Shown: positions 41,291 through 51,183 of the stretch, piece by piece
Layout: every line of letters begins with the position of its first letter
Numbering within the stretch: the first letter of the stretch is position 1
From: Ignisphaera sp.
GTDB taxonomy: Archaea > Thermoproteota > Thermoprotei_A > Sulfolobales > Ignisphaeraceae
NCBI GenBank assembly: GCA_038889075.1
Contig: JAWAHS010000002.1
Span: 236,930-300,929 of the forward strand
DNA: 64,000 nucleotides
Reading direction: 5' to 3'
Notes under the pieces: model-generated
What the model saw: only the letters and a program-made list of their open reading frames with translations
What the model was told of the DNA's origin: nothing
Database searches by the model: none
Translations under genes and position numbers: made by a program

Positions 41291-42034
41291 TTACAATGCT
41301 ATCCTTATAATTGAATCTAGAACTATTTTACCTGCCCTTTCTACATATCCTCTGAGTTCTTCGGCAGATGCAAAACCTAGTTCTTCAACAAGGGAGTCGC
41401 TTACCATAAGCAGCGCTCCAACTTTTACTCCCCTCATACTTCCAAGCATAAACAGCCCAGCACACTCCATTTCAACAGCTGTGATTCCTCTAGAAGTCCA
41501 TTTTTTAGTAAATTCAGGATCTTCAGCATAGAATGCATCACTACTTACAATAGGGCCTATAACATAGTTGACACCCGATTTCTGCACCTCTTCAACTAAT
41601 GTTTTCAAGACTTCAAAATGCGGTGCTGTAGCTGTACATATGGATTCCTTTAGATACTGGTAAAAAGCACCACCAGGATAATAGGCTGCAGCAGTTGGTA
41701 TAACTACATCACCTATCCTGAGACCTTTAACCATGGCACCACAGGTACCAAACCTAATGATAATTCTCGCACCAAGCATTACAAGTTCTTCAAATACTAA
41801 CATTGATGATGGGTGTCCAACTCCATGTACAGCTATTGATACTGGTACCCCTTTATAGGCTCCTGTGTATACAGTAAATCCTCTATTAGTATTGACGAGC
41901 CTCGGATTTTCAATCATCTTTATAAGCTGTTCAACTCTAGCAGGATCTCCAGCTACAACAACCCTCTCAGCAACATCTCCCCTCTTAGCCTTTATATGTA
42001 TAGGTCCAATCAAATTCAGCACCAAATTAAACAT
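41291..42034 (-). CDS. Purine nucleoside/MTA phosphorylase (DeoD-type)
   Basis: GDPARV, NRGF..YTG, HGVGHPS, IRFGTCG, SSDAFY, VEMECA. Confidence 0.92.
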   Translation of the reverse strand: MFNLVLNLIGPIHIKAKRGDVAERVVVAGDPARVEQLIKMIENPRLVNTNRGFTVYTGAYKGVPVSIAVHGVGHPSSMLVFEELVMLGARIIIRFGTCGAMVKGLRIGDVVIPTAAAYYPGGAFYQYLKESICTATAPHFEVLKTLVEEVQKSGVNYVIGPIVSSDAFYAEDPEFTKKWTSRGITAVEMECAGLFMLGSMRGVKVGALLMVSDSLVEELGFASAEELRGYVERAGKIVLDSIIRIAL

Positions 42035-42161
42035 TATAGAGCAAGTATATAAAACCTCTTTTTAGCACAAACGAGGAGAATGGAAATCGCCTCTATAGTA
42101 TATAAAGGATGTATATAGCACTACTTATTAAGTAACAGTAGACAGAATAGTATAAGGTGTA

Positions 42162-42377
42162 TTGAAGATGGCGCAGTACCTTATTATAAAATGTGAAAAG
42201 TGTGGAAACTTTATTGCTATTAAAGAGAATAGTAAATCATTTAGATGTCCCTACTGTGGAGTTAGAAGCACCGTTGTTGACAGTTTTGGAAAAATGAGGT
42301 TTAAAATATATGCTGTTGCTGATGGAAGGGAGGTGCCGAAGAAACTGGCAGAACTTAAGAGGTTAGAGAAGATCTAG
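42162..42377 (+). CDS. Small Zn-ribbon protein (DUF1922-like)
   Basis: CEKCG...CPYCG; GGTG SD. Confidence 0.75.
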   Translation: MKMAQYLIIKCEKCGNFIAIKENSKSFRCPYCGVRSTVVDSFGKMRFKIYAVADGREVPKKLAELKRLEKI

Positions 42378-42528
42378 AATAGCAATAAGTATGAAGATGG
42401 ATCCGGATTTTAAAGAAGTCTATTAAATATAAATACCTGCAAATCTAGTAGTAGAATACTTTCAAATACCGCTACCCTTTTATTAGAAGGTAATTATCTA
42501 GTGAGAAATCTATGAATCTAGACATCAT

Positions 42529-43743
42529 TTGGTGAATTTGAAAATGGATATTCCAGAAAAGCTTAGAGAGCTACTATTCGGTAATGTTGTAGAAGGTTTA
42601 CAGTACTTCTGTCTAGAGAGGTGGCAAAGTCTCCATGAAAATAGGGCATCGATTGTACTTAGCGAGAGTGGTGTACATCCACTTACACTTTTAGAGTTAG
42701 AGGAATATGGTGTAGATATCCATGCTGTTCTAGAGCGTGAAATCGGCTATGGCTGGACTAGGGGATCCCCCGAACTACGGGAGAGGATATCCGAACTATA
42801 TGGAGGAGCTGTAGGGATCGAAGATGTTGTTATAACTAACGGTTCAGCAGAGGCTAATTTTATTACGGTACTTAGCACTATTTCGAGAGACGGTACCGTA
42901 GTTGTTGATGTTCCAAACTACATGCAGGTACCAGGGCTGTTGAAATGGATCGGTGCAAAGGTTATTTATCTTTGGAGAGAGCCTCCAGATTGGAGATTCC
43001 CTGTAGAAAAAGCTATAGAACTTATGGAGAGATACAGACCTAAAGCAGTCTTTGTAACAGATCCTAATAATCCAACAGGATCGTATATGGATGCAAAGGA
43101 GCTAAAGATGCTGGTGGAAGAGGCTGAGAGAAGAGGAACCCTTCTAATATTCGATGAGGTTTACTGGGGATCTGAGAGAAGTGGATCAAGGAGTAGCGCT
43201 ATACAGGTTTCAGATGGAGAGAACACAATCTCCATCTCAGGACTCTCTAAAGTGTATGGTCTACCAGGTCTAAGAATAGGATGGATAGCAACAAGGTGCC
43301 AAAGGTGTGTTGAGAAGATGTTGGGTTTGAAGGATTACACAAGCATAGCACCTTCAATTTTAAGTGATTATATAGCTTCTAAAATCCTTACTCAAAATAA
43401 TGTAGACAGGTTAAGAAGGAGGGCTAGGTGGATAGTTGAAAAGAACATAGAGATTCTAAAGAATGAACTTACACATAGAGGGAACATTATAGAGGTCTAC
43501 TGGCCATCTGCAGGAGCATTTATATGGGCAAAAACTCCATGGACTAAACACACCCTTGAACTCGCATATACACTATATGAAAGATATGGTGTGTTGATCA
43601 ATCCTGGAGAGTGTTTTGAAATAAAGGGCTATCTTAGAATAGGTATAGGACAAAAACCAGAAGTATTCGGTAGAAATATCAGATATACACTCAATTCGAT
43701 TGAAGAATTCCAAAGGAAATACTACAATCGAAATATCTGCTGA
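42529..43743 (+). CDS. Class I/II PLP aminotransferase
   Basis: TNGSAEA, PNNPTG, DEVY, SGLSKVYGLPGLRIGW. Confidence 0.92.
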   Translation: MVNLKMDIPEKLRELLFGNVVEGLQYFCLERWQSLHENRASIVLSESGVHPLTLLELEEYGVDIHAVLEREIGYGWTRGSPELRERISELYGGAVGIEDVVITNGSAEANFITVLSTISRDGTVVVDVPNYMQVPGLLKWIGAKVIYLWREPPDWRFPVEKAIELMERYRPKAVFVTDPNNPTGSYMDAKELKMLVEEAERRGTLLIFDEVYWGSERSGSRSSAIQVSDGENTISISGLSKVYGLPGLRIGWIATRCQRCVEKMLGLKDYTSIAPSILSDYIASKILTQNNVDRLRRRARWIVEKNIEILKNELTHRGNIIEVYWPSAGAFIWAKTPWTKHTLELAYTLYERYGVLINPGECFEIKGYLRIGIGQKPEVFGRNIRYTLNSIEEFQRKYYNRNIC

Positions 43744-43994
43744 TGAATCAATTAACAGTGCTCTCACATACTACAGAGAATTAGTTTTAAACCTTTATTC
43801 GCCTCCCAGATTCCAATATACATATCCCAGCAGTTTAGCAGTGACAAATGTAGCAAAAGAAAAATCTGTATACAATGCATACATGTTGGTAAATAGTTTT
43901 CCTCTAAATTTATGGGAATTCTCTTTAGAACTTGGAGTGGGAAGTATCTAATTAATGCAGTAAAATTCAGGAGTATAACTTGGGTAGTAGAAAA

Positions 43995-44372
43995 CTATTG
44001 TTGTTTGAATTCCATTTGCTTAGTCTCCGGTAGTTCTATTTTCGAGAATTTTTCAATTATTTTATTTATATATTCGCCCTTTACATACCACCGAACAGGA
44101 TTGTCTTCAATCCTATCCACTATACCATATTCCATTAATTTGTAAAGTCTCTTCCATATTTGTAGATACTTCGCACTTCTATCAATTTTTATTTTTATAG
44201 TTCTATGGATATCGGGCGTTGGTAGTGCATGGTTCTGGTCAAATGCTCTATTCTTTAATAAAACTAGCAGAATTGCTTTACATAGATCATCGTTCAGTAC
44301 TGTCTCTAAAACACTGTAGTTCTCTATCTCTTCTCTATCTATATCAATCTCAAACTCCATATAGTAAAACAC
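43995..44372 (-). CDS. Hypothetical, possible winged-helix DNA-binding protein
   Basis: ILLVL...IWKRLYKLMEYGIVDR...VRWYV resembles a wHTH; AGGT upstream. Confidence 0.55.
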   Translation of the reverse strand: MFYYMEFEIDIDREEIENYSVLETVLNDDLCKAILLVLLKNRAFDQNHALPTPDIHRTIKIKIDRSAKYLQIWKRLYKLMEYGIVDRIEDNPVRWYVKGEYINKIIEKFSKIELPETKQMEFKQQ

Positions 44373-44547
44373 CTACTACTCGAGAACAGTTTTTGGAGTC
44401 TGTAGCTAGATAACATGTTACACAAATTCACAGCGATAAGGGTATTAAAGCATATTCAATCCTATACAGTGATGCAGATTAAGCTACGTAGAATATTGAG
44501 TTGAATTAGAAAACAATGTATACTACTTTTTTGACTATAGATAACGG

Positions 44548-45486
44548 CTAAGCTATTGGTACCTCCGTTACCCAACTTCTATATTTTTCAATTCTACCAA
44601 GAGTGATTCTGCTATAGAGTTCTTGAATCTTTCTCGTGAGCTCACCTGGTTTACCATTGCCAATAACTCTACCATCTATTTCAACAACAGGTGCTATTTC
44701 AGCTGCTGTACCTGTTAAGAATACTTCATCTGCTGTATACAGTTCAGCTCTCCTTATTCTCCTTTCGATAACCTCTACACCGAGAATCTCCTTTGCAACC
44801 CTGATAACAGTATCCCTCGTAATCCCCTCGAGAATGCTACTATATACGGGTGGTGTTAGCAATCTATCCTCCTTTACGATAAATATATTTTCTCCAGAAC
44901 CCTCAGAGACGTATCCTTCAGCATCAAGTAGTATAGCTTCATCAAAGCCGTGGATAGCAGCTTCAATTGATGATAGGTGGTACAGTAGATAATTTGCGGT
45001 AGCCTTAACCTCCACGGGAAGGGAATCACCTGCAGGTTTTCTCCATGAGGATACAACACATCTTATTCCATCTGGTTTAAGATACTTTCCAAACTCTATT
45101 GCAATAATAGCTACATCAACAGGGTTTCTGGCTCGTAAACCAAAGCTTCCCAAACCCCTAAATGCTATTGGTCTAATATATATATCGCTTCTAAAGCCAT
45201 TAATCTGGACAAGTTCCTTAGTTGCATTAATTAGCTGTTCAATAGTGTATGGCATCTCCATATAAATCATTTTAGCAGATCTAAAAAGTCTCTTCATATG
45301 GTCTTCGAGTCTAAAGATCTTTACAACACCATTATCGTAATAGCCTCTAATACCTTCAAAAACACCTGTACCGTAGTGAAGACCGTGTACAAATACATGC
45401 ACCTTTGCATTACTCCACTCAACAATAGAGCCATTCAACCATGCATACCTGGGCCATGTGGGCTGGATTTCCGAACTCTTAGACAC
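44548..45486 (-). CDS. ilvE: Branched-chain amino acid aminotransferase
   Basis: LHYGTGVFEG, YIRP, KATANY, EGSGENIF, LEGITR, GTAAE. Confidence 0.95.
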   Translation of the reverse strand: MSKSSEIQPTWPRYAWLNGSIVEWSNAKVHVFVHGLHYGTGVFEGIRGYYDNGVVKIFRLEDHMKRLFRSAKMIYMEMPYTIEQLINATKELVQINGFRSDIYIRPIAFRGLGSFGLRARNPVDVAIIAIEFGKYLKPDGIRCVVSSWRKPAGDSLPVEVKATANYLLYHLSSIEAAIHGFDEAILLDAEGYVSEGSGENIFIVKEDRLLTPPVYSSILEGITRDTVIRVAKEILGVEVIERRIRRAELYTADEVFLTGTAAEIAPVVEIDGRVIGNGKPGELTRKIQELYSRITLGRIEKYRSWVTEVPIA

Positions 45487-45752
45487 ATCTCTACACCTAC
45501 AGTAGGAATATTCTTCTATTGGCCGAAATTATAAACTTTATTATTAGATATAAACAGAATAAAGATATATAAATAGATACTAATAGAGAGGGTCTAGATT
45601 TGCATACAGGCTCTATTTCAATCTCAAATGGTTGGAGTATCCTAATTTAGCTTTACTGTTCCTAGCAAATACCTCTAGCTGATCGAAAAAGTGCTATGCA
45701 ATATATATTTAAACTAGCTACCTTCTATATAGTGTATTGTATTGTGTTAGCT

Positions 45753-46361
45753 ATGTCCGAAGAAGATCTACAGCTTATAAAAAATTATTTGGATAGAATT
45801 GAAGCTGCCAGAGAACATTTGATTAAACAGAGTAGGGACATCATAGGTTTATGTAAAAGGGCGATTCACGTATGTGTACGTGGTGGAGATGCATCTAAGT
45901 TGGTTTCAGATCTTAAATACAGATTTACAGAGCTGTATAATTCTGTTAAGAATATACCAGAGCTTTTCTATTCCAATCTGCTACAGTCTATCGCCATAGA
46001 ATATGTTGAAGCTCTTCAATTTTATAATGTTGTTAAAGAATCGAGGTTTGCAACACTTAATGAGCTTGGTGTACATCCTGTTGCATACATACTCGGACTA
46101 CTTGATGTTATTGGTGAGCTTAAGAGGTACTCGCTCGAACTTATAAAGAATAATAAAATTGATGATAGCTTTAGCATTCTAGAAAAAGCTGAATCCATAT
46201 ATGATTTGCTTAGTACTTTAAACTATACAGATGCTATAGTACCTGGTTTTAGGAGAAAGCTAGATATATATAGAAAGGTGATAGATGATTGGAGGGAGCT
46301 TCTAATAGATTTGAGATCGAGAAAGGATCTTATAGATAGAATAGAAAGGATAGCTATATAG
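45753..46361 (+). CDS. Translin/Trax (C3PO)-family protein
   Basis: REHLIKQSRDI, EYVEA, YILGLLDVIGELKR, RRKLD; ATG 45753 chosen. Confidence 0.85.
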   Translation: MSEEDLQLIKNYLDRIEAAREHLIKQSRDIIGLCKRAIHVCVRGGDASKLVSDLKYRFTELYNSVKNIPELFYSNLLQSIAIEYVEALQFYNVVKESRFATLNELGVHPVAYILGLLDVIGELKRYSLELIKNNKIDDSFSILEKAESIYDLLSTLNYTDAIVPGFRRKLDIYRKVIDDWRELLIDLRSRKDLIDRIERIAI

Positions 46362-46432
46362 GAGCACCAGTATATAAATGGTTGGGGTGTAGCTGAACGT
46401 AAAAATCGTGTTGTTTAAGGATCTACACCAGT

Positions 46433-48004
46433 TTACAGCTTTAGTTTACCTATAACCTTTACACGTATTTTCACAGCATTTCCCGGTAGATACGGCATAG
46501 CTATCTCCTCTACCTCAGCTACATCAAGTGTAGACGAATCGGCACCCGCTTCTACTGCTCTTCTCTTAGCCTCATCAACTACAGTAGCTATGGCCTTTTC
46601 TCTCGGGGTTGATTCATATGAGAAGGCTTTTTCTACAGAAGCGCCGATCAATGCTGTAGCTGCACCAACAGCGTTTGCATACTGAGCAAATTCAGGTCTT
46701 ATAACCTCTTTGGCACCGGTTAGCTTACGTGGCCACATAGCCGAACCTCCACCAACTAATATAATCGTCTCTGGTTCAGGACTGGTCTTCACCCTATCTA
46801 TAGAATCTTCGAGCATTCTAACCATTTTTTCATACACCTTTTCAACTAGTATTGGATCTATTTTCTGCCTAGCTAATTCAGGTTTGCAACGAGGATCATC
46901 TATCGACATGACACCCTTAGCTAATGCTATATCCGTTGCTGTAATAGTGTTTCCTCCCCAGGCTATTCCCTCCTCAATAAGCCTATAGCCAACACTTTCC
47001 GGACCTATCGCAATTTCATCTCTAGATACCTTGATGATGCTTCCTCCAGCAAGACCAACGGCAACAACATCAGGAGATCTTATATTCGTTCTTACACCAG
47101 CTATTTCTATCTCTAGAGCTTCCCTTGGATATCCCTTTCTCAATACACCTATATTAGATGTAGTCCCACCAGTATCAACAACTATTGCATTAGGTATTTT
47201 TGTAAGAACGTATGCACCTCTAATGCTATTGGATATAGGAGCTACTACAGTAAATATAGGGTATTTCGCTATATACTCTTTTGTAGCTATGGTCCCATCG
47301 TTTTGAGCAAAGAACATCCTTGCATGATCTAGATTTAGATCATGGAGAGACTTCTCAAGAGCTGTAATTGCTCTCTGCATAACTCCTAGAACAGCTGCAT
47401 TAAGTATTGTAGCATTCTCTCTTTCGAGTAGACCTATGGATCCTATTTCATACGATAAGACTATGGGGGTCCCGGGCATTATTTCCATAGCCTTCTCTTT
47501 AACAAATAGTTCGTGTTCTGGGTTCACAATTGAGAAAACAGATGTAACCGCTATTGCATCAACCTTCATATCCTTAAATGCATGTAAGGCTTTGGTAATA
47601 CCATCTCTATCCAATTCAACTATATGCTCACCAGTATATTCATGGCCTCCTCTAATAATAGTATAGCCAGCTATTACAGCTCTTTTAAGATCTTCAGGCC
47701 AGTCAAGACCTGGGTCGACTGATCTTGTTGCAGGGGCACCGATCCTAATTACACCAACTCTTCCAAGGTTTTTACGCTGTACAATTGCATTAATTATATG
47801 TGTTGTTCCAAAGGATACGGAGGCGATCTCATCCCTATTAATAGCAGTTTTTTCAAGTACAAGCTTCATTGAATTGATAATACCTGTTGTAACATCAGGA
47901 GTTGTAATAGTCTTTGCTCCACCAATGAAGTTCCCATTTTCATCAACAATAACGGCATCGGTATGCGTGCTGCCAACATCTACTCCAAGTATATATTTGG
48001 TCAT
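46433..48004 (-). CDS. Hydantoinase A/oxoprolinase family protein
   Basis: GVDVGSTHTDA, GTT..NA, LLERENAT, DTGGTTS, GLAGGS, ANAVGAA. Confidence 0.9.
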   Translation of the reverse strand: MTKYILGVDVGSTHTDAVIVDENGNFIGGAKTITTPDVTTGIINSMKLVLEKTAINRDEIASVSFGTTHIINAIVQRKNLGRVGVIRIGAPATRSVDPGLDWPEDLKRAVIAGYTIIRGGHEYTGEHIVELDRDGITKALHAFKDMKVDAIAVTSVFSIVNPEHELFVKEKAMEIMPGTPIVLSYEIGSIGLLERENATILNAAVLGVMQRAITALEKSLHDLNLDHARMFFAQNDGTIATKEYIAKYPIFTVVAPISNSIRGAYVLTKIPNAIVVDTGGTTSNIGVLRKGYPREALEIEIAGVRTNIRSPDVVAVGLAGGSIIKVSRDEIAIGPESVGYRLIEEGIAWGGNTITATDIALAKGVMSIDDPRCKPELARQKIDPILVEKVYEKMVRMLEDSIDRVKTSPEPETIILVGGGSAMWPRKLTGAKEVIRPEFAQYANAVGAATALIGASVEKAFSYESTPREKAIATVVDEAKRRAVEAGADSSTLDVAEVEEIAMPYLPGNAVKIRVKVIGKLKL

Positions 48005-48008
48005 GGAG

Positions 48009-49091
48009 CTACACCTTTTTCACACGCACCTCTATAGGTACGTAATCAACATCGTAGCCAAAGTATCTAGGACCCACGGTTTTTATTCCTTCTTCGGTCC
48101 TCCACTTGCTATCACATGGAATACCTATAACTGCTACTCTGAGTCCGTATCTAAGCCTTTCAGTGGTTATAGGTCTCGCAGATTCAAGATCTAGAACTGA
48201 TATTATATCTGGTGTTGAGGCTATGATCTCTCCATCCTTTATAGCTACAAGGTTTTCATTCTGAAACCTTATGACCATTTTAGAGTTTCTATATTCGTCA
48301 AAACCTTCAATAACCATTTCACCTCTAGCAAAACCACCTAGATTGAATCTCGCTACATCAACTATCTTACCCCTGAATATCATGAAGCCCTTTGCAACAT
48401 CTAGTATAGCATCGAATACGTTAACTCCTCTTCTCTTAGCTTCTCTAATAGTTCTGCCGAGCTCTAGTGCAAGCGAAGGTGTGTATTTAACTACACCTCG
48501 CCTATAGTTCTTTCCATTCATAGCGTATATAGCTATGTACGCGGAACCTCCAAACTTTATGGTAATGGCTCTGGCTATCTTTTCAGCCCAGAAGTTATCA
48601 ATAGTATCAAGCACTACAGAGTTTCCCCTTTCATCAGAGAGAACCATGGGTGTGGCCTTTACGCCAATTAGATGAAAAGTAACCATTTGGAGCTCTGGAA
48701 ATGCTCTACCCATTCCATCGCCATTGAGAAGGGGCTTACCGGTATAGGCGGCAGCTACAATTGGAATCATGGAGTTAACTCCACCAGCCTCGATCTGAGT
48801 TACATACCTAGCCTCCTTACCATAGTATTTCTCAATGCTACGTAAAACCCATATAACCTCATCACCACCAGGAATTTTCTCTATCAATACTGTTGGTGTA
48901 CCCATCATAGCTACGGGGACTATGAAATCATCGTCGTCAACGGTGTCAGGATCCACTAACTCAACCTTTTTACCCTTTTCAATAGCTTGAATAGCCATTA
49001 ACATACCTATATACGGATCTCCACCTCCGCCAGCTCCAAGTATGGCAGCGCCTAACGCCATATCCCTTACATCTTGTGGTGATAGTATCAT
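48009..49091 (-). CDS. DUF917 family protein
   Basis: GAAILGAGGGGDP, EAGGVNS, DGMGRAFPELQM, FQNENL, PDII. Confidence 0.9.
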   Translation of the reverse strand: MILSPQDVRDMALGAAILGAGGGGDPYIGMLMAIQAIEKGKKVELVDPDTVDDDDFIVPVAMMGTPTVLIEKIPGGDEVIWVLRSIEKYYGKEARYVTQIEAGGVNSMIPIVAAAYTGKPLLNGDGMGRAFPELQMVTFHLIGVKATPMVLSDERGNSVVLDTIDNFWAEKIARAITIKFGGSAYIAIYAMNGKNYRRGVVKYTPSLALELGRTIREAKRRGVNVFDAILDVAKGFMIFRGKIVDVARFNLGGFARGEMVIEGFDEYRNSKMVIRFQNENLVAIKDGEIIASTPDIISVLDLESARPITTERLRYGLRVAVIGIPCDSKWRTEEGIKTVGPRYFGYDVDYVPIEVRVKKV

Positions 49092-49229
49092 TGTGGATAC
49101 ACAGATGTTTAAAGCAAACGCAGGTGTTTATAAATTTATATAGCAATTATATTTTTATTATTTTGATAAATATTTATATAGTTCAGCATTTGCAAATCTA
49201 TTTATACAAGTATATAGAATCGTGTATGG

Positions 49230-50594
49230 GTGGTTTTAATGTCACAAGGAAAAGATGTATACGGAGACTACGCTACGCTACCCGTACCTAAGGAGGAACT
49301 TAGGTCGACATTAAATATATTCATGGTTTACATGGGTGTACTGGCCGTTATAGCAGCCATATTTGCTGGATCTGGATTGGCTCAGATGTACGACCTTAGA
49401 ACAACAATAGTTGTAGCACTCATTGGAAATATTCTCCTAGCTATATTTGGAGGGCTAATTGCATATATAGGTGGAGTTACCAGGGCAAACACGTATATGC
49501 TGCTAAGATATCCACTAGGTAAGATTGGAGCTGCTATTGGAAGTCTTATAGTCTCAGCCCTTCCCTTAATTATATGGTTTGCCGTAGAGACGTGGCTATT
49601 TGCAATAACTGTAAATGTCATCTACCCTGGACATCCATTGACGACAATAGTAGCCTCCTCTATATGGGGAGGTATTCTCATGATGATAACGGCCTATATT
49701 GGTTACAAAGCCCTTGCTGTACTAAGCTACATAACAGTACCATTCTGGTATACATTAATTGTAATAGGATTTGCGGCAGCTGTTGACCTAAACGGTGGAT
49801 TCGAATCTCTTTGGAGAGTCGGCCCATCAAGCATAGCACCTCTAGGTATTGGAATAACATATGTGTTTGGTCTATATGCAGCAGGATGTGTTATAACATC
49901 TGATGTTTCTAGATACGGCATTAAGAGATGGTCTGGTAGTGTAGCATGGGCACTTCATGTAGCAATATTTATGACAGCACTACTGTTTGCAGGAGCAGCC
50001 ATGACGCTGCTAACAGGAGCTCCTAATGTTATTGTAGCTATTGCACAGATAGGTCTTGGTGTAGGTGCTCTCCTATTAGCAATTCTAGGGCAATGGACAA
50101 CCAATGATAACAATCTATGGAGTGCAGCACTAGCGTGGATAAATATAACTGGCAAATTCCAAAAAAAGGTATGGGTCTTGATAACAGGTATCATAGGAAC
50201 TATAATCTCAGCTCTCTGGGGAGGGCTATGGGGCATGAGCTTAGATCCATTCATATCATTCGGCACACTGCTTGGAAACTTTATACCACCTGTTGGAGCT
50301 GTCTTAATAGCAGACTACTACATAGTGAGTAAATACATCGTTAAAAGAGACTACAGATTTTCACCAGGAACGAAGATCAGCTTAGTAAACATACCTGGAA
50401 TACTGTCAATGTTTATCGGAGGTTTCATAGGCTGGATATCAACTACATATGGAGTACATCTCCCAACAGGGGTAGGTGTTGCAGATTCTATAATAACATC
50501 GTTTATACTATACCTTCTATTGGTAGTAGCCATGCATAAACTCAATGTAAAGTTTGAAGTAGGTGGATGGATAGTAGGTGAAACGGGTATATAG
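49230..50594 (+). CDS. NCS1 cytosine/purine permease (CodB-like)
   Basis: DYATLPVP, SDVSRY, QWTTNDNNLWS, IPPVGAVLIADY. Confidence 0.9.
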   Translation: MVLMSQGKDVYGDYATLPVPKEELRSTLNIFMVYMGVLAVIAAIFAGSGLAQMYDLRTTIVVALIGNILLAIFGGLIAYIGGVTRANTYMLLRYPLGKIGAAIGSLIVSALPLIIWFAVETWLFAITVNVIYPGHPLTTIVASSIWGGILMMITAYIGYKALAVLSYITVPFWYTLIVIGFAAAVDLNGGFESLWRVGPSSIAPLGIGITYVFGLYAAGCVITSDVSRYGIKRWSGSVAWALHVAIFMTALLFAGAAMTLLTGAPNVIVAIAQIGLGVGALLLAILGQWTTNDNNLWSAALAWINITGKFQKKVWVLITGIIGTIISALWGGLWGMSLDPFISFGTLLGNFIPPVGAVLIADYYIVSKYIVKRDYRFSPGTKISLVNIPGILSMFIGGFIGWISTTYGVHLPTGVGVADSIITSFILYLLLVVAMHKLNVKFEVGGWIVGETGI

Positions 50595-50604
50595 GTGGTG
50601 AAAT

Positions 50605-51012
50605 ATGGAGGAAACATTAGATATTAAAAGATTTGCACTAACATCACTTTACCTAATGCTAGTATTTGGTATTATAACAATCGTCTTAGGCTACATGACC
50701 AACAACTATAGGGGCTTTTACCTCTCACTAACGCTAGGTCTGATTATCATAATAACAACTATTGTATACATACCACTAATACATAGACGCAGAGATGATG
50801 ATGCAAAGAATATCGCCGTACCAACACTCCAAGCACTATGGGTTACAACATCGATGGCTTTGGGATATGTAGTTACAGCATATGCACCCTACTTCAATAT
50901 ACCAATCGCTATAGCAACAGCTCTATTTATAATAGGCTTCATAGTAATGGTTTATGGAGTATATGCTATGTTAAAAATTAGTAGAGTAGCTAAAGTACCG
51001 CTTGCAGTATAA
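50605..51012 (+). CDS. Small 4-TM membrane protein
   Basis: Four hydrophobic segments; GGTGGTGA SD; 10 bp after the permease. Confidence 0.75.
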   Translation: MEETLDIKRFALTSLYLMLVFGIITIVLGYMTNNYRGFYLSLTLGLIIIITTIVYIPLIHRRRDDDAKNIAVPTLQALWVTTSMALGYVVTAYAPYFNIPIAIATALFIIGFIVMVYGVYAMLKISRVAKVPLAV

Positions 51013-51183
51013 TACATCATATCATTTAACAATTTTAGATATCCTACCCGATTCAATTTTTTATTTATATTTAAAGTATATCTTTTGGTTCTATCTATGA
51101 TTTTAGATAAGTGATTAAATAATACTAGAGTGAATAAAAGTATATTTATAGCTAACAATTTATTATATTAGGTTGCGTGAATT

